DNA from: Ramazzottius varieornatus
Taxonomy: Eukaryota; Animalia; Tardigrada
Direction: 5' to 3'
DNA: 64,000 nucleotides
Assembly: GCA_001949185.1 (NCBI GenBank)
Contig: BDGG01000002.1
Span: 5,260,448 to 5,324,447 of the forward strand
The notes beneath the pieces were generated by a model. The model was not told the DNA's origin and ran no database searches. It saw only the letters and a program-made list of their open reading frames with translations. Positions 51,090 to 64,000 of the stretch are shown piece by piece. The first letter of the stretch is position 1, and each line of letters opens with the position of its first letter. The translations under genes were made by a program, and so were the position numbers.

Positions 51090-52667
51090 TCATTCCAGAA
51101 ACTGCTTGATGATTCCGTTCACTTTGTCGGGTACTTCCATATGGCAAAAGTGTTCTATACCTTCGAGGAACTTAAGCTCACAATGACCACTCACATACGC
51201 GGTGGACATCTGCGCAGTCTCCGGTGAGATCGCCACATCGGCAGTTCCAAACATAATGAGTGTTGGGCATCTTACGGGTTCCCAGTGAATATCTATGCCA
51301 CGAGGGTCGTTTCGAGGTATATTTCGGTAATAGTTGACGGGCGGAGAGAATGCGTGCGGAGCCGCGTAAGTCTTCTTCAGACATCAGCTCCTTTCCCGGT
51401 CTCCGGAACACTCTGCTGAGGAAGGACAAATCTTTCGCGCGAAGCAGGAGCTCGGGAATGTACGGAAGTTGCAAGACGAATATGTACCTGTGGGAACAAC
51501 CAAATTCACTAGAAGCGATTGATGTATCTGTCTAAGCATCAAACAAGACATAAACGCGCTCACCAGCTTTTCAACCACTGTTTCGGACCATGTTTCATGA
51601 AGTGCCAGAAAGCTCTCGGATGCGGACAGTTCAAGACCACCAACTTATCAACCATTTGCGGGCGAAGTGTGGCGAACGCCCAAGCCACTAAACCTGTTCG
51701 AAGTACTCGGAAAACGAGTTGTCCTGTTGCAATAAAGAGTTGATACTTACCACCCCAGTCATGAGCCACGAGGATACAAGATTTATAGCCGAGACCTTCA
51801 ATCAGGAGCTGGACGTCTTCCACAAGGTGGGACGTATGGTAGACGGAAAGCCTTATAGGTTTCGCAGAATCCCCATAGCCGCGCATATCGACTGCTACTA
51901 CTCTAAATGGTATTTTGCAGGAATTTGCGTAAGACATACAAGTCGAGCTTCCATCCATTTGGAAAATTACCGGTAGTCCTTGTTGAAGAAAGGTATTTGA
52001 TTCCTCCTAACGAGAAACGTACTTCCAAGGTTCGTTCACTTTAAATTCAGCAAGATCGACCTCGTCGGACTCTTCTCTAGACTTACCACGAAAACCAAAA
52101 GTCGGGAAACCCGTGAAGCATCACCATCAGGCCTGATTCTTCACCATCAGGCTTCGTGGTCGGGCCAGATATAACATAATGGAGGCGCATGCCGTTCTGA
52201 AACAACAGCAGGTCTTGTATGCATGAACAGAGAACGGCAGCGAAAACATCAAACACGGCGTCAAACCAGAAGCTGTATATAAGAGTGTTCTCCCCACTCG
52301 GATCTGCTGAGGATGGCGGGTGTAAGTTTTCGCTCTTTAACCTTGAACAGCCCAGTGAGGTCACGGGGGAAAGTTAGCAGCAAACGAATAAGCCATAAAG
52401 TCGCCCCGAAGGTCCCTAAGACGTAGCTTATCCCCAGACCGAGCCATTCCTGGAACTTCGATGTGAGCGCAATCCCCGAAGTTACATCTGGTTTCTGACG
52501 GTTACCTACAATCATACAACTCTGTCTACTATGATCCTAAACAAGGACTGTAAAAGGAAAGTACAGTACGCGCATCGGCACAGGTTGCATCCCTTATGTG
52601 TTTTTCTGATTGATAACTGTATACCTGCTCCTGCTGACTGCGTGCGGGTTGTCCGATCGCGGTGCAT
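51090..52667 (-). CDS. Epoxide hydrolase 4-like alpha/beta hydrolase with an apparent frameshift near 51369
   Basis: N-terminal TM segment, MLHGFPDFWFSW, VAVDMRGYGDS, AHDWGG nucleophile elbow, QWLKSWYIF; after the frameshift PVNYYRN, PTLIMFGTAD, GIEHF. Confidence 0.88.
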
Positions 52668-52883
52668 GGTCACGAATGCAGTCCGACTACACGAGAAGAA
52701 GACGACACGAGGCTTTCGGAACGTTAAGCAGTTGCCTTTTACGAGCAATCTAGAAGCAGTGCAAAAACGCATACCGTTCGCGACTGGAAGCAAATGTGTA
52801 GTAACTGCAAAAATGCAGTTTGGGCGGAAGCGGTATCGCAGTCACTGCATTCAAACTCTGGACTCTGAATTTCGAAAATTCCG

Positions 52884-53052
52884 TACACGTACTTTAGCTA
52901 ATTTTTTGCATGGGACAAAATTATCGGCTACCGGCCGACAGCGGCTGCGCATTGATTGATTTGTTTGGTTGCTCAATTTGAGCTGGCAGCTGAAACCTTA
53001 GGTCGGTGGCCGGTAATTTTGTCTCATCCGATAATTATGTAAACTGGGTGTA
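52884..53052. mobile_element. Old ~170-bp MITE-like inverted-repeat element (TACAC...GTGTA ends)
   Basis: Inner arms ATGGGACAAAATTATCGGCTACCGGCC versus reverse complement ATGAGACAAAATTACCGGCCACCGACC (23/27); weaker match extends out to the TACAC termini. Confidence 0.55.
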
Positions 53053-53286
53053 CCGGCTTGCGATATTGCACTGATTTAACTTCAGTTTTAACTCATGTTC
53101 TCTTTTCCTTCCGCTTTTGTCGTGTAGCGATCCTTTGTGACAGATCTTGCATGTTATGCGTTGTTCGCTGCATCCCCGCATTGGGTGGTTCTGAGTACTC
53201 TTATACTGGGAGTGTTTGAAGTTCGAGCTTCAGGTGTTCGCCTTGGTGGTTCTGCATCTGTAATTCGTCTACGGTACATTTCCAAG

Positions 53287-54737
53287 ATGTCACTGCGGGG
53301 GCCCGACTATATTATGCGGTCGGATCAAAGTACTGTTGATCCCGCTCTACAAATGCCAGATAGTCGTCAGGACGCGGAGAAACGTTTCGACGAGTCCCGT
53401 TTCGGACAGTTTGTGGGCAAATACTTCTCCTTTCTGCGCGATACGACGAGACGCATGTGGGGACTGGAGGTGTACAGTCCGGATCTATACTCACCTGAGA
53501 CGTTGGCCAAGGTTAACAACGATACGACTTCGTGGGAAAGAGTCAAGGCCGTCTTTGTTCCGGATCCCCAGTGAGATGTGTGGCCTGTAAATCCCTTTGC
53601 ATTTTGCTTGTTATATAGTTTCACCCAATATGTCGTTCTACTTCCGGTTCGCCCGAAAGTTGTGTCGCTTTCGATCTTTAAAGTTGTCCGTCAAATACGT
53701 ACTGTTTCAGTTACGGTCTTCTCTTGCAGGGACTCGGAGATCGCGACCGGACAAATACTGACAGCGACCGAAGTTTTCATCATGGGAATGCTGGGCGGAA
53801 CAGGATATGGCGCTCTAGTTGGAGTTCGAGGCATCCGCGAACGTTTTATTCAGATGCACCAAGCTACGATTTTCGAGAAGCCATCAGAGGCCAAGGTTAG
53901 AATCAAACTTAATGTACAAAGCCCAGCTGCATGCAGTATCCTTTCGCGATCTTTACCGGGACTTGTTTCCAGGCTAAACTTGTGGACACCCTAGTGTTTC
54001 ATGGTGCACGCTCCGGTTTCAAATATGGAATGAAAGTCGGAGCACTGGCCGGTATATTCTCGTACGTTCCCTCTCAGTTCTTGGATAGTAACAGTGGGGC
54101 TAGATGAACTACTGTGGATGAGTTTCGACAACTAACTCGATCTGCAAGATCATTTGTATGCATAGTTGCTGTTTTCTGTAGGCTCTCAGTTGGTGTCATT
54201 ACCGCATGGCGGAACCGGTCCGGTATTTTGGAATACACTTGCTCGGGCTGTAAGTACATGACTTCTGCTGCATGACATCGATGGGATATTCTATCTGTCT
54301 TTCGTAGTTCTTATGGGCGCAGTGTGGAGATCGAATATGGGACTGAGCGGGGCGTTTGTTGGTGGGTGCTTGGGAGCAGTGATAGGGTAAGCAGGGTCTT
54401 ACCGCAAGGAATTTTCGCTGCTCGGGTTGAGCTGAGATATCTCTGTAGCACCCTCGGAGGATCTATCTCTTACGCCAGCCAAAGATTAAGTCACAAGACT
54501 TATGAGGAACTCGCATACTGGAAGAGGATGCGGGCGAAGAGAGTGCACGTGGATGAGAAGAGTGCCCATCCTACCAAAGCTGCGTCCGAAGAGGATGGAC
54601 ACATCAGAATGCACGACGTCTTCAAACAAGCAATGTTGTTAGATGATTTGGCAGTGAAACGACCAGATATTTATCCGGTAGTAAACCTGCCGGGCGAACA
54701 GTCGCAACCAACCGTAGTAAAAACAGTGAACCAGTAA
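53287..54737 (+). CDS. TIMMDC1: Complex I assembly factor TIMMDC1 (Tim17 family; multi-exon)
   Basis: TSWERVKAVF, GTGYGA...RERFIQMHQATIFEKPSEAK, GFKYGMKVG, AWRNRSGILEY, MGLSGAFVGGCLGAVIGTLGG; exact start uncertain. Confidence 0.82.
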
Positions 54738-54935
54738 ATGTACATAAAAGCAAGAAAATAACGTTAGTTGGCTCAGGCACTTTTCTGGTATAGAATTTAA
54801 AGACGTAACATTATCGCAGATGAAATCACAACTTCAAGAACTGTTACAACATGACTCGTACGATTTAACATGCCAAACCAGAAGATGTCCTTCCTGCCGA
54901 AAAACTTCTGTTACGTCTACCTTTCCCCATCGTTG

Positions 54936-56697
54936 TCACGTTCCTTTTGTTAGACGCTTGTTGCCTCGGCCAGGTGGACCTGGGGAGAAAGGGATTACTT
55001 GTCCCGCTGGTTCTTCGAGTACATCTAAGGCTCGGTAAGATGATTACCTTTGGGTTTTGCGAACAGCGGTTGGTGAAGCTGTACTTGTGGATGAAGCTGG
55101 TCCCGGAGAAAGTTTTCGTCGACTTCCAACGGATCGTCCGTCTCGATCTGCGAGAAAGTTGGTAGTCAGTTTTCTGCTGCTTAGGTTAACAGTTGGTCAG
55201 AGAAGTGGGCAAAGAACTACGACGCGTACCCTTTTGGACACGGAACAACATAGAACTTTTTCCACGGTTTCTATCAGGGGGTTCTTGCAGCTGGAGTAGA
55301 GCATCCGTTCTTTCACACTGCAACCCGAGCTAGGCATCGAATAGATAAACACTGCACGAAGAAAGAAACTTTCAAAATAGAGTGACCGAAACATGAGATT
55401 CCCGTGGCTCACGAGATTACGACGCATTACCGAGACTATCAAACATGTCTCCCTCGTAGCTGTGTGGGTACCGGAGGATGGCGTATCGTCCTTGATCGTG
55501 AGGAATAGACCTTGCAATCTGGTTAAGCAGAACTTTACGAGACGCGTCCAGATTAACTATTTCTTTGGTCAGGTCCAAGCTCTGAAACGATAAAAGCAGA
55601 TAGTATACATGTGTAGCTTCGTGCTCTACGTTCGCTGGCAAAAACAGCGAGTGAAGCCAACTGACGTACCAGAAGGACGAAGTTAACCGCGCCTGACCTC
55701 AGATCCTCCAGCGCGCGCATAGCGTCTGCCGTAACAGGGAATGCCACGCCCTGTAGAGTCTGGTGTTTGGTATCTACCCCAATTTCCACTCCTGTCTGGA
55801 ACAGACGTAAGTGCAGCTCTAAAGTTTCGAAGACTTACAAGCTGCTCGAGATGGGCGCAAGAACATGGAAAATCGTTTCCTACTTGTGCTTTTTGTATTT
55901 GACGTTTTTCTTCCTCGGCGATGGTCATGGGTCCAGGCGCTGAGCCTGCCTGCTTGTGTCTTTTGTAGCCGGATAGAGTTACTTCATTCTGTAACAAACG
56001 CGATAAACTCATCGAGTTTGAAAGCAGCCACATCAAAATCGACCAAACCTTACGCGTGAGGTCGCAGATAGCTCTTCCGCGATATAGGTCCCGCCAAACT
56101 CTCGCTTTATCGTAGCTCGTGTGGACGCGTACAACATTTTTTGTCGAACCGTAGCATCATCTGGTATCCACGATATGAAAAGCCATTCGTATCCACTAGA
56201 GTTTTTGCTATCCAGGCGGAAGAACAGGTAGCAAGGTTCTCCTTCGTGCAGGCAGCCGACCACGTTATTCTCGAAATCTGAAAAATAATTGGTTAGATAG
56301 TCTGATAAACGCCGAGAATTGGGAAAACTGCCACGAGTCCTACCTTTCTCCCAGTTCTTTGTCGCCATTGCGTGATGGACGGTGGTCAGTTGTTCTGTAA
56401 AAAGTAGTGATTTAATTCAACAGAGGTGCTTTTTGTAGGTTTCCGGTTGCAAACGCAGTTTAAGCAGATCAGTTACCATCTTGAATTACGACTTTCAGAA
56501 GTCTGATTCGGGATTCAGGGCTGCGAACTTCGCTAAATTTCTTCAGAAGATCGGCGTTTCCTGCAAACAGCACAGTACGTTCAGTTGCGACCACAAGCAG
56601 GTACAGTATTCTTCCGACATGGTTCAACGGCTACGACTTTCAGTCGATAGACGTTCAGACCGAGTACCGCACCCTGAATTCCGCTCTGATGTGACAT
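54936..56697 (-). CDS. TWF1: Twinfilin (multi-exon)
   Basis: MSHQSGIQ, PCYLFFRLD, WLFISWIPDDATVRQKMLYASTRATIKREFG, QTLQGVAFP, CSVKERMLYSSCK, tail FAKPKGPPGRGNKRL. Confidence 0.95.
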
Positions 56698-57748
56698 GTT
56701 GTGCTATTAGTTCAACGTTGATGTTTTCGTGGACTCGTGAAACCACCGATAGCCAACGACCGGACGAGGCGTGAAGACAAGAGGTCTGACGTCGATGGAT
56801 AATCCTTTGAGGTCCACACCCACCAGGCCGTCCAGCGACGGCACGGTGTATGCGGTTGTTCTTTCGCTGCTCCCTTTCCTTTCGCAAGTTAGATACCTGC
56901 TCAACCAGAAACGATGCAGCAGCCGGCAGAGCAGAGAGCTTCGATACGCAACAAACATCGATCAGCGTTTAGACGGGGTTTAGATTGTCTGGGATAACTG
57001 AAATTCATTTCGTGACATACGTACTTCCGATCCAGAAAAAATTGCGAATAAATCGGAACGAGCTGATCAAAACAAAAATCGTCAATCAACAAAGTGACGG
57101 CTCCTGCTTAGCTGGCATGGCGAAAATCAAGCTGTCCCCTAATCAACCGAACACCGCTGCAGAATGTAACACGTGTCATGACTGTCATCTGCTGTTTTAT
57201 AGCCTATTTACTGTAGCCTACGAGTATTTGCGACATGCAGCTTCATACGTTTGACTGCGTTTGCAACGTGTAATTGGATATTTTTTTGTTGACATCTTCC
57301 TCGTTGGTGGTTTTCGTTTTCATGGATTATACCCCGATATTTTAACCGTTGGAGGAGTTGATTAGCTCGTTACTGTTCTGGTACGCGTCTTGGGCATATG
57401 CGATGTTCGCCTGCGACTTGGACGGTTCTTGATTCGAAGTTCCGTTGCTCACTACTCGAGTTCACTACAGCTGCTCTTTGACGCTTTGTTTGGTAAAGCG
57501 CTGTTTCGCAGAAAAATCGCATTGCATCTTGCAGTGGAAGGAGACATTCGCGACGGGACCTGCGAAGATTTCAACGTAACCGAGAACTGGTCATTAATGG
57601 AACGGGACGAGCGGCTGTCCTTCTGATTTCTTCAACATCTACGAAGCACGTATATATATGACTTTACAAGATGCGGTTGTTGCAGGTCTGTACAGTGAAG
57701 GGTGAGCAGCGGACGCCTCTGGGAAAGCGGGAGCTTATCTAACCGAAG

Positions 57749-59097
57749 ATGGCTTCCCCACGGGGTTTGGTCAATGGGATCTCTCAGACTGCAGCAGCAA
57801 TCGCCAGCAGCAGCGTTGTGGTCAAAGCTATCTGCTTCACGGTATTACTTGGATACTTCATATCTTTCTCATCCAGTGCAGTTGATGCACTTGCAGCGAC
57901 TCCTGGACATCTTTTACCGCCGTCTTTTCACGTAAGCTTCATACCTTACGGGTATCTGTCACTTTCGCCAGTACCAATTAAACTTGGGTTAACTGACCAG
58001 AAGTGATCGATTTTGGGCTTCTGGCAAATCTCTTTTGTAGATATGGACAGCATTTACGACAAGCTTCGTGGAGCTTCACTGGCCGCTGGTTATTGTGGAT
58101 CTGATTGTCGTTTGTTTGTGCGCCAAGCTCATCGAGCCGATGTGGGGTGCTTTGGAGATGTTGATATTTTTTGCCTCTGTGAACTTCATGGTCGTCCTAT
58201 CGACCGTACTCATTTACTTCGCGGCGTACTTTTTTACGGCTGACGACAAGTTGTTGTTCGCTACATATATACATGGGCTGACGGGGTACGTTGCTGCTGT
58301 CTGTGTCGCGGTGAAACAGATTATGCCCGATCACGTTCTCTTCCGGGTACCTATCGCTGGGACCATCAAGTTTCGCAACCGAAATCTCCCCTTGCTGCTC
58401 CTGACCATACTCGGAATAGTCTGCGCGACTGGTTTGTCGCATTGGGTGTACTTCTGGATGTTCCTTATGGGTGTGCACGCCGGATTCGTATATCTCCGCT
58501 ATATCCAGAAGCATTCGAACGGATCAAGAGGAGATTCCAGCGAAGCCTTTGAGTTTGCCACGTAAGTGAAATCTTGCTTTCGCACAGGACAGCAACTCTT
58601 TCATCCGCCAGCTTTCTTCAGGTTTTTCCCCAATGTACTGCAACCGCCGGTTTCGAAAGTCATCAACCTTTCCCACGGGATACTAGTGAAACTACGTATC
58701 CTCAAGAAGCCACAGAGAAAGTTCAACTTTGCCGAGTCTTTACCAACTGGAATAACAGTTGGACTGCCAGGCTCTAGCCATATGGACGCCGAAAGGAGGA
58801 AGTAAGTGTTGCGCCTTTCACTACTGTATGGTGTTTCTGATATTCCGAAACTATTGTTCTGTTGGAAATTTGGCATCTCGGTACGGAAAACCAGGTGGAC
58901 CGCTGTTTTGCAGGCAAATCGCTCTGAAGGCTTTGAATGATCGGCTAAACTCGCCAGAGATACTTGGACCTCCAACTGTTGTAGCGAACGCGTGGCCTGA
59001 AATGCTTGAAGATGAAGACAACCGGCAGGTAGAAACCCATAGGCTTTTGCCTGGTGTTGAGAAGCCGCAAGAAGCTTCTTCCGCATCACCGCAGTGA
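57749..59097 (+). CDS. TMEM115: Transmembrane protein 115 (rhomboid-like Golgi protein; multi-exon)
   Basis: LIEPMWGALEMLIFF, IHGLTGYVAAVCVAVKQIMPD, VYLRYIQKHSNGSRGDSSEAFEFATFFPNVLQPP, DAERRKQIALKALNDRL. Confidence 0.94.
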
Positions 59098-59468
59098 ACA
59101 ATGATACTTGCAACTACCAGTTTTTCTTTCGGTTGTTTTAATAAGTCTTTTTGAAAATCTACCCGGTCTCCTTAAGGCCAGGTAAATTCGTACGTTTGTT
59201 TACTCTGACTTTGGATTTTATGGAGGCGGTTGAAATATTCGTTCTTGCTAAGAACGGTGATAAGCATTAGCAAAGAAGCTCGGCGGTCGCTACGTTTTGT
59301 ACTCCTAGCTTGAACACGCTAACATCGATTTTTGGCGATCTATCAAATAAAACATGCGCTTTCTGAAGTGGACAGAGCACAGCGGGAAAGTAGAAACTTG
59401 TCCAAGGAATGTTTCAACGCCTTCGGTGTTAAAAAACAACAAGAAAACTGTTGATGAAATCTTCGCTG

Positions 59469-61353
59469 TTATTCGACCTTATTCTTGCTGATAGAAAAAT
59501 CAAATCGAGCGTACAATATGACGACAGTAAAAAGAATAGCGAAAGCACTAATTACTAGAAGAGGTTCGAACAAAAAGTTGAGTCTATCAAAAGCGTATTC
59601 GATCTGGATGGGCTGCGAGTGCTCTTCCACCAGATTGTCGAGCTGAAGAACCACGACAGGCCTTCCGGTAAAGTCCAGGTAGGTGTGATGTTTCTCGTCG
59701 GGTAGACGCTTCAGTTTGAACGGTGCGTGAATTTTGATGTTACTGAAATAGACAGCATTAAAATGAAACTCATTACCTGATGGAAAGCCGGAAAGAGGCG
59801 AAACGGAAAAGTCTTCGATCTACTTGTACTCTGAGCTAATTTACCTCGAGCCTTCTGGGAGGATAATCTTGACTATGGCATGATCGATGGCCTGATTCTG
59901 GTACATAAGATCAACCAGGCGAGTTTGAAGGATGAAATTACCACCTGAAATTTAAATTCAAAAGGTACTTGGCTATTTTCGTCGTCACAAAGATAAGCGC
60001 TACGATGTGAAGTACGGTCCTTACCACTCTTAAGGAGGAAGTCAGAACTTGGAGCATTATATCCCAGCACATAATGGGTCTTCCAGCCGCCGAAAAGAGG
60101 GAAACGAGGTCGGATGTCAACTTCCGTACCGTCGCGCAACTTTTTGACGTGGCTGGTGGAGATGTTTCCAATTTCATCACGGTAGTAGATGTCCTTTGCT
60201 GACACCGGCAAATGCGTCTGAAACGGAACAGGGATACGTCTATAGATGCAGCGTTCAGTCTATGCGACCAAACCAGCGTAGCCGAACTACGAGACTGTTA
60301 TACGCAAAGACTGTGAGTACTGTCCACGTACCTTGAAACTCGCGATGGATGCCTTTGTAGTCAGACCACGCTGATAGTCCAATCGACTAAAAGTCCCTTT
60401 CAGCTTAGCGCCGGTATGTGCGATATCGATCGTATCCTCGAAAGCCACGTTTCCCCAATGAGACACCTCAATCCATCGCAGTAAGTCGGTCACTGTCAAA
60501 AACGGCGCGTTGTTCTCGAAATGCAGAAGAAGCGGAGCCTACAGAGAAGATTCGCATTATCAAAGAGACAAAATTCTAACTACTCTGCTGATTGGGACAC
60601 ACAGCGGTGAAAGGTGGTAGATTGTCATAAGGTCCATATTTGATCTCTTTGCCGTTCTCCGCAACCGGCTTTGGCTCTTTGCTGTAAGACTCGATCTTGG
60701 ATGAAGCCAAGGTGACTTTTGTCGAAGTCTTTCGGGTGTGGTACGGGGAGTACGGGTAAATGTTCGTCTGAATACGGACCAGCTGCTGCTCGGTCTGGGT
60801 GATCTCAGCCGGATGAGGTTTCTGAACATGGGTGTACACGGTATATATTCGGAACTTGTCCGCGTTGGTACCCGACAAAGATGATGGAAGGGTGACACGG
60901 AAAACCTTCACGGTTCTACCCAAACAAAATAACATCGTCAGATTTGCAGTACGGGGAATCTTTGAGTCTTTTCTTACTCATGTCCCTTCACTTTAGTCTC
61001 TCGAACGTCGAGGAGCTTGCTGGATGCCTTGTCCTTTCCGGCAATCTAAATCGAAATCAGGCTTCTTATTCTTCCTCAAATGCAAGGTGGTGTACAAGGC
61101 TTACCCGAGCTTCGATGAACGCCAGATTCGCCTGCAAGGTTGGCTCGATGAAGTACAGGAAGGAACTTGATGCGGCTCCTCCAGCTACTTCCAGTGTGAT
61201 GAGTTCCGTAATCTTCAGCAGGTGCGACGTTGCATCTAGTGTCCGGTCGATCTCCGCGTTCACGACTGCGTTGTTGATCGTATCAAACTCCTGTGCGTGG
61301 GAGGAGACTACTGCCAGCACGAGCACGAGAAGCATCCACAACTTCGTCATCAT
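59469..61353 (-). CDS. RPN1: Oligosaccharyltransferase subunit ribophorin I (short C-terminus; multi-exon)
   Basis: Signal peptide, [63 protein letters not shown] followed by [12 protein letters not shown]. Confidence 0.95.
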
Positions 61354-62013
61354 CCTCCTTCCTTGCCGTCCTCGGACGTCGTCGCAGAAGATACAGGTGC
61401 GATTCCGGGAGAATCTTCAGTTTCACCTAAAACATCACCAGTGCATCGAGTACGACCGACTACTCCTCGCAAAGAAAGACAACTCCGGCGATGTTCCGGA
61501 GCTTGAGGCTTAAGCCACGTCAGAACAAACAGGCACATCATTCCGCTTCGCACCGTCTGCTAAGATCGGTTGATCAGTCATACTAGGCGGAGCGGCATAG
61601 ACGTAGTTTGCTCGTTTCAGTTAATTGTTGGAAGGTATGTTTGAAGTATAAGGAAAAGCAGGCGGAGCGATATACCCAATTCATCGCAATCTCCGAAATG
61701 CTTGCTGATTCAAACCATTCTAAACTGCAAATTACTGAGTACTGAGTACTGACAACGATGTTGCTCCTCACCTCCTCACAGGGCAAGTTCCTTATCCTTG
61801 CGCCTTCCAGGAACTTGCTGCAGGGAGTCGAAGACCGACTCACCGAGTGCAGAAAATCTCGTTGCACAAGAGCGGAATCTAGTGGATGCGCTGTATGTGT
61901 TATCGCCAGGACCTTATGAGCTAACAACTATCATCCCTTCAACTCCGACTTCCGGATCGCTGACGACACTGGAGCTCTGATATATTCTGGACGTCTTCCC
62001 GCTGAGATAAAAA

Positions 62014-64000
62014 ATGCATTCGAACCACGGATTCTGGGTAGGTGTCAGTGTGACCGACGTCGATTCTGAATTAGTTAATTAAGTAACGAATATGGTCGTA
62101 CGACATTGTAGGAACCAGATCAGAGACCTGGATTCCCAGCTCAACCCAGTTTTCCAGGTCAGTATGGAAGCAGAGATTTCCAAAATGGACCACCTCAGCC
62201 TGCGTTCAGCGCCTTCGGTAGTCGGGATGGAGCTTCTAGTGCGAATTATCCTCCAGAGCCAGTAAATGGAGGATACGGATACCATGACGATAGACGACGG
62301 TAAACCAATGTGTAATAGGTGCCTTGATGCATGATTTAGTACCGAGGCATAGCATCATGATGGGATATCTGATTCATAGTTCTGATCGAGACTACCAGGA
62401 CGAAGAACAGCGCACACGCCGCCGAAGTCGTAGTAGAGACCGAGACTACCGCCGTTCCCGACTGTCGCCCGGATCAGATTCAGCCCGGGAATGGGATCGT
62501 GGTAAACCGCGACACTCATCCAGACGTTCGCCTTCACCACGTAGAGACCGTGACAGTGATTTCCGAGATCATGTAATGACATCATGCTGGCCAAAAGTGC
62601 TGATAGAAATTTCTTGAGGATGATGGGTGGAATGGTCGAAGTTCTTCCGCGGCTCCCATATGAATGATATATGATGTTTCGTAACTGTCACACAGGATCG
62701 AAATCGCGACAGGAAGCCTGCCCGCGAGGATCCTCCTTCCAAAACTATCATGCTGAGAAATTTGCCTAATGGCTGCTTTGAGGCCGAGGTAGGTCATGTA
62801 CGCACTGGCTGAGTTGTCAACCGCCACATTATCCAACTCTTTCTATTTTTTGTGTTGCAGGTGCGATATGCCCTTGGTGAGATTGGCACCTTCGTGGATA
62901 TACGAGTTCCCCGAACGCCTGAAGGTTTGTGGAAAAACAGTCCTTGCTGCTTTTTTGCAATGGGTATACGAGTTGTCCGTTTCGGACTCGTGGGCTAGAA
63001 TCGTCACTGTTCACTTCGATTATTTGGTAATTCTGTCCTGACTAGGAAGAGATTGCAATAATACTGCTCGAATAGGTCAGGGTCGAGGATTCGGGTTTGT
63101 GGAATTTGCTGACGTGCAAACCGCCCTTAACTGGATTGACAAAGTCCAGGTACTCTACTATATCCCATCTTCTTCCTGTTGAGGCGTTTCGGTCTGTAAC
63201 TCAGTGTGCTGTCCTGCAGGGAGCAATTATGATGGGCGACCAGCGAGTCGTCGCCCACTTTTGCGAAGATCGGGAGAACCTGAAGCGAGGATCACGAGAC
63301 TCACGCCCGTCTTCCGATGCGCCCCTCGTTCTTCCACTGACTGCCGATTGGGAGTGTTCAAGGGTAAGTAGGAGGTTTGTACTTCCGTCCTTTAATGGCT
63401 GTTGATAATAGGTTTTTCTCGCAGTGCGGCTGTAATAACTTTCGCCACCGATCGACTTGCTTTCGCTGTGAAGCTACGCGACTTGAGGCGGAAATAGTGC
63501 ATATCCCATCGGCTGACGAACAAGTCGGTCTGACACCTTGCAACAGTAAGATGTTTCTCCTGTCTGTTGGCAAGAGAGTGCATTACTTTTGTTTCCGCGA
63601 CGGAAGTTTCATGGACGGTTATCGATTGCAGCACTTCTACTCCGTAATTTGGACCAGACGACTTCAGAAGTTATGGTGACAGAAGCGCTGGCCAGCGTTC
63701 TCAAAGCAGTCATCCCGAAAAGTGTCAAGATCCTAAAAGACCCACGGACGCATATGTCGGTTGGGTACGGATTCGCTCAGTTCAAATCACTGAGTGATGC
63801 AACTGATATGTACAACGCGCTGATGCGAGTAAATCCTCCCCTAACGCTTGACTCTAAACAAGGTACACATGGCACATATTTTCTGAAGTTCGCTGCTTAG
63901 TTGTGCCTGATCTGTACTGACCGCTTTTCTTTAGTCTCTCTATCGTTCGCCAAACTTCCGCTGAGCGAGCTCATGGCGACCTTCGCACAACCCACTAACC
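62014..64000 (+). CDS. RNA-binding protein 5/10 family (RS region, RRM, RanBP2 Zn finger, RRM); continues off the right edge
   Basis: PSKTIMLRNLP, RGFGFVEF, DWECSR|CGCNNFRHRSTCFRC, LLLRNLD...GYGFAQF; start MHSNHGFW inferred from splice phases. Confidence 0.9.

Overview
Gene-dense eukaryotic DNA from an invertebrate-type animal genome (inferred from gene content and short GT-AG introns, mostly 55-150 bp). About 23 host genes are mostly arranged as head-to-head pairs: CFAP157-like, a Gly-rich secreted protein, EIF3L, PPP1R21, SPCS1, GMPPB, EXOSC1, UBA-PTH2, MCM4, TFIIB, TMX2, DHX37, RagC/D, alpha-SNAP, FNTB, NSA2, a TFIIA-gamma-like gene, PYROXD2, BBIP1, EPHX4-like, TIMMDC1, twinfilin, TMEM115, RPN1 and RBM5/10. 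The main discovery is a complete but decayed 9.7-kb Mutator-like element (40648-50392) with 72-bp TIRs and a 9-bp TSD. It carries two convergent genes: a MULE DDE/SWIM transposase and an accessory gene encoding a chromo-barrel domain plus an RFX-like winged helix. Six arrays of a 24-bp-period GCCGGC motif lie in introns of both genes, and a captured, internally deleted GBF1 fragment sits between them. This architecture recalls plant MuDR/VANDAL-VANC anti-silencing transposons. Also notable are a very divergent TFIIA small-subunit-like gene with an acidic tail, three MITE-like inverted-repeat elements, a frameshifted epoxide hydrolase and a 50-N assembly gap. All homology calls are by-eye recognition of motifs; no database searches were run. 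CDS coordinates span the first to last coding base, introns included.
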